A stretch of 55,872 bases of DNA, the filler included, from Dugesia japonica (taxonomy: Eukaryota), in NCBI GenBank assembly GCA_001938525.1. It is 5 parts of 5 records of this genome, joined end to end, with 100 filler letters (N's around TTAATTAATTAA, not from the genome) between each part and the next. Parts side by side here need not be neighbours in the genome. Positions count along the whole stretch, not along the records: positions 40,073 to 55,872 come from MQRL01573997.1; 4 more parts are not named here. One strand, 5' to 3'. The position numbers and the translations under genes are program-made. How positions within the stretch are numbered: the stretch's first letter is position 1; each line of letters opens with the position of its first letter. The notes beneath the pieces were generated by a model, which was not told the DNA's origin, did no database searches, and saw only the letters and a program-made list of their open reading frames with translations. This document shows, one piece after another, positions 51,305 to 55,872 of this stretch.

Positions 51305-52691
51305 AACTTTCAGTGCAAAATACTGGAAAAATCAAAAATGATCGCCATGGATATATATAAAAATAACTATAGAAATAGAAAAAATTATTTTTAAAATTTT
51401 TGATGCTCCGGATTCCCATAAAAAATTGATTTAAAAATATTTTAAATTTTTATATCATTTAAACAGCATACCCAACTAAATACACAAGGAAAAATCACAC
51501 CAATTAATCTTATTACATAAAATTTCACCGATGAAATTAATCTTATGACATAATTTGTGTGTAAAAAGTTTTCCCAAATTAAATAGACAGGAAAAAATCA
51601 CACCAAATTAAGTAATATTACCTAATGATGTATTTTATTATGTAATTTTTAAATTTCCAACTAAATGCATTAGGATTAAATTTCATTGCGTCACTAATCT
51701 TATGGTGATGTTACTGAATTTGTGGTGTGGTGCGCTGCTATCCCCCAACTATGATTAAATGCTTGGGGCTCTATAGGGTGTTTATAATGTTTGGAATTTT
51801 GTACAGGCATTTATTAGCTTTTAAAAGGTATAATAGACTTTATAGGGTTAATAAGCAGTTATCAAAACTCTGCTCACTATACACTGTACACCAGATTTCA
51901 GTCATCAATGATCATCTATTACTTACTTATTTTATTCCACTATTTGCAGTTCTACACTCTTTTCTTGTGGTAAATGCACTGTTTAACTAGTATTTAATTA
52001 TTTAACCTGTTCTATATTTTATTTTGTAATTTTGAACTTAAATTAGATTTCATGTATTTTTATATAAATTGTTCTATTTTTTATCGTAAAAATCTAATTA
52101 TAGTTTAATTTATAATATGAATTTTTTATTTAAATTGATTCATTGAAATAATTTCTAAACATTAATTGAAAATAATCGATATAATTGTTTGAGTAAATTA
52201 AGTATGATTATGGTCCATATGAGTTTTATAAAAATTTTGATATTCACTTAATCGTAATGTCCTACAATTAGGATATACGAAATATCTTTTCTCATAAAAC
52301 CATTGGCCATGGTATTCTTCCATTATACCGTAATAATCACTATTGTTATTCATGCTTACGCAATAGTTTTTACACAATTTGCATTTTCCTGAAATAATTA
52401 GCATTTAAATATTTTAAAATGATAATTAAATAAAAGGATAATAATTTTTCTAAATTTTCATATCATATTTCATAAGAGTGGAACATTTTTTTATAAAAAA
52501 ATTCATTAAAGTGGATTTAATTTCTTCATAAATCAAAAAATATTTCACAATTTCAGGAACAAGACATAATAATCTAGTTATTTCATGGTATATTATTTAA
52601 AAAAAAATATTATTTTAAAAGTATATTTAATTAACTTCATAAAAAATGCCTATTTTCACAAATTTATACGAATCAAGAGATAAAAAAATGT

Positions 52692-53155
52692 ATGCTGAAC
52701 AAGATGAAAAAAATAATGGAAGATTTCCAGAATGGAAAATTAGATTCTATTGAAGAAAAACAAATAATAGAAGAAATTACAAAAGAAAACATCAATCATG
52801 AAGAACAAATGACTCATCATAACAAAATAGAAGTGACATGTGATTGTGAACATAAGGAAACGGTTGAAGATACGTTGGATTTAAAGAATCATTTTTATCG
52901 TAAGAAATTTAATTAATGTTAATTTTATTTTTAGAACTAGCAGCTCGAATAATGAAGGAAAGATTTCCAGATTTCAAAGAAGGATGTATTAATATGAATT
53001 AAGAAAAAAATTGGCGACATTTTTAACAAACAACAAGCATTGATATTGATGAGCTTATAGATGATTCCATTTTAGAATTGGAATTGGAGTTTCCATCTAA
53101 CAGTAACAAGACTCATTATGAGATATAAAATGATTCCATACTTGCAGCAGACTAA
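52692..53155 (+). pseudogene. Possible small spliced acidic-protein gene, disrupted
   Basis: ORF, then a GTAAG...TTTTTAG mini-intron (~52899-52934), then coding-like acidic sequence with a lesion. Confidence 0.3.
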
Positions 53156-55872
53156 AAATAAGAAAATTAGTTGTATTGTTTTATTAATAAATGTTGTTTT
53201 GGAAAATTGTTTTTTTATAAATATTTTGTTAATGCAATTAGATTTTATACGTAATAAATAAAATATATTAATTAATTATTGCAATATGGTTGCTATATAA
53301 ATGCAGCACACTTTCACACAAAAATCACGTGCCTGGGAATTTTTTAAACTACTCAAACCATTAAAATATACTAAAATATTATTATTTCGATAGTGATGCA
53401 ACACAGATGCAACACATGAGCAACACACATCATCTAAAATCACATGTCTAATAATTTTTAATCTCATAACCATTAAAAATATACTCATTTTTGCAACACA
53501 AAAGCTGTATAACTGCAACACACATTCACTTTAGCTCATAGTTACCTTTGGCAACTTATAGACCCATTTTGATGGCCAACTAAAATATGCCATTGAAACC
53601 TAAAAATTATCATTTGACACCCATTCTGTCACGATTTTCATTTTTAAAATCGAAACCTTTACACACAAAAACGCATCATCAACTGAAAAATACTATACCT
53701 TTCCACCCTCATCTGCCCCCTGTGTTCTTCTTTTAAACAAACCAAAATTCATCAAATTCCAACAAAAACTCACTACACTAGACCTCTTAAGTAGAAATCC
53801 GATAATACGTCACTGTAGCTCACATGAACATTTTTGTAAATAGTTAATTATGCCATTAGATACAGATTTACAAAATCTACACGAATACAAAATCAAAACC
53901 CAAAAAAAATTAAAAAAATAAAAGATGGGAAAGAAAAAGAAGGAAAAAAAATTTTGTAACTTTGGGCGCCAAAAAATTTCAAAAAAAAAGTTTTAAATTT
54001 CCCTCAAAAAAATTATCCACAATAACTAGTAACTCAGACGATAATATCACGATAATAAGTAACTCACGTGGTAACTAGCAACTTACACGGTTGTTGTGAG
54101 CGCACTAGATCACTGAGTTATAATAGCAAAGTGAGTTACTATTTTGGATCAATAAATCCGCGATATCCAGTAACACATAGTAACTCACTAAGCATATTCG
54201 CGCGATAACTAGTTTTTGGGATCACATAGATACAAAGCACGCAAACATAGTATTACACACAAAACCAACATCCACAACCATGATCCCAAACAAGCAAATC
54301 CAATCTATCCTCAGTCAGATCTTCAAAATACAACTTATCTTTAATTATTAGACATTCAAATCGAGACTCGATTATCGATTTATATTGAATCAGACGTTTG
54401 AATATAATTAATCCAAATTATTAGTGTTGTATATCATTTTATTTTAGTTCTGTACATTTAATTTTTATATTATAGTTCTATACATTTTAATTTTTAGTGA
54501 TGTACATTATTTTTAAATATTTTATTAAGTTGGTGTAAAACACATTGCTATTATGCAAATAATTTTGAAAATCATTGTAATTATAATTGTTTACTTTATT
54601 TTGGAATCACATTGAACTCTGTTTATTTCGGAAATTATTTATTGGAGCTATAATAAAATTCTCAAACTTAATGTTTTAAGTAAAAAAAATTATTTATTTT
54701 TTTATAAATTGGCTTTATTTAATTTGGTAAATATTTATTTTAAGAATGAATGCTGTATATGCATGGGAAGGGTATGTGTGTAAAATCAGTATAAATACTG
54801 ATTGATTTTACTTAATTTTCAGACTTACATTTACAGAGATTCTAACCCCTAAGGGCAGCAGTACTCTGGTAATTAAAAATAAGGTCTTAGTGTACATTTT
54901 TTTGATATTCAATTTTACACCAAGAAATAAACTATTATTAAGATTTTGTTTTTGATTTATTTATAGAGGAAAGCATAGACTTTTTTTAACTATATTTCTA
55001 CTTTTGATAAAATATCATTTATATAATATCGTATCAACATAAGGACATAAAGTAAATTCAAATACCCTAAAATCCTCAATTCATATTTCACTAACGATAG
55101 TTTTAAAATACGAACCATAAAATCTCTTTGTTGAGTAGAAATACCCAACAAAGTAACTCACTTTGTATTGCCGCGCGATAACCAGTAGCACATAGTAACT
55201 CACTTCAAAATAGTAACGCACTTTGTGTTTTCACGAGGAGTGGGGGGTCTATAACTAATAGTGAGCCAGTGCGCTCACATCTATCTACTGTTGTGTCACT
55301 CTGGTTTAAATAAAGTTTATACTTTGAACTAACAGAAGTTATCAGGACACTGCTGTTGTATTGTTCTAGAAAGTAAAATATTCTAAGAAAGAGTTACTGT
55401 CTTCGGTCCTGATTTACGTCAACATATGAAGAGAAATTAGATAAAATAATGCTTTCAGCTTTTTACTTGTCTGAAAACTTCATATGATTAATACGACAAA
55501 CAATTTGTATTTAAAATATTAAAGATTTTGATTGAAAATGTGAATATTAATTTCCAAATTGATTTATTTCTTGTTCAATTATATTTGAAATATTCGTTTT
55601 TACAAATACATTGAAAGATAATGAAACATTTTATTAAAATTACGAATAGTGTAAATAAACAATGCAATTATTTTCTTATAAACACAGAACTTCAAGCTTA
55701 CATTCAAAACCAATATTGTGATGACAATCAACATTACAACTCAATTTTGTTACATCAACCACTTTCCATTTCTGAAAAATTCATTTAATTAACTAATTAT
55801 AAAATTGAATTTAAGTTAAATTATGCATTAAATTTGTTTAAAATAATAGTTGCATAAATAGTTATTTTAATT

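Overview
AT-rich eukaryotic (probably invertebrate) draft-assembly DNA in five pieces (1-8933, 9034-18023, 18124-31090, 31191-39972, 40073-55872), joined by an artificial 100-bp spacer (N44-TTAATTAATTAA-N44). Piece 1 is about 9 kb of an endogenous Polinton/Maverick (adintovirus-like) element with all genes on the minus strand: a core-protein C-terminus, a conserved PZ-like protein, a penton-like minor capsid protein, an adenain protease, a coiled-coil protein, a gasderminX-like membrane protein and a protein-primed DNA polymerase B. The polymerase carries two N-terminal matrin/JAZ-type zinc fingers. Several of these genes have single stops or homopolymer frameshifts that the ORF track hides, and two gene ends are followed by hairpins built from copies of the gene's own 3' end. 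The rest is mostly decayed transposons: Ty3/Gypsy, an RTE-like LINE, Penelope, mariner/Tc1, hAT with MITEs, and a second unrelated pPolB remnant. There is also a spliced Ser/Thr kinase gene with an antisense Gypsy remnant in an intron and a 5-bp duplication in an exon. The least obvious signal is a dispersed short repeat (six copies) containing a minimal type I hammerhead-ribozyme motif with covarying helix I. All assignments come from reading motifs by eye; no searches were run.
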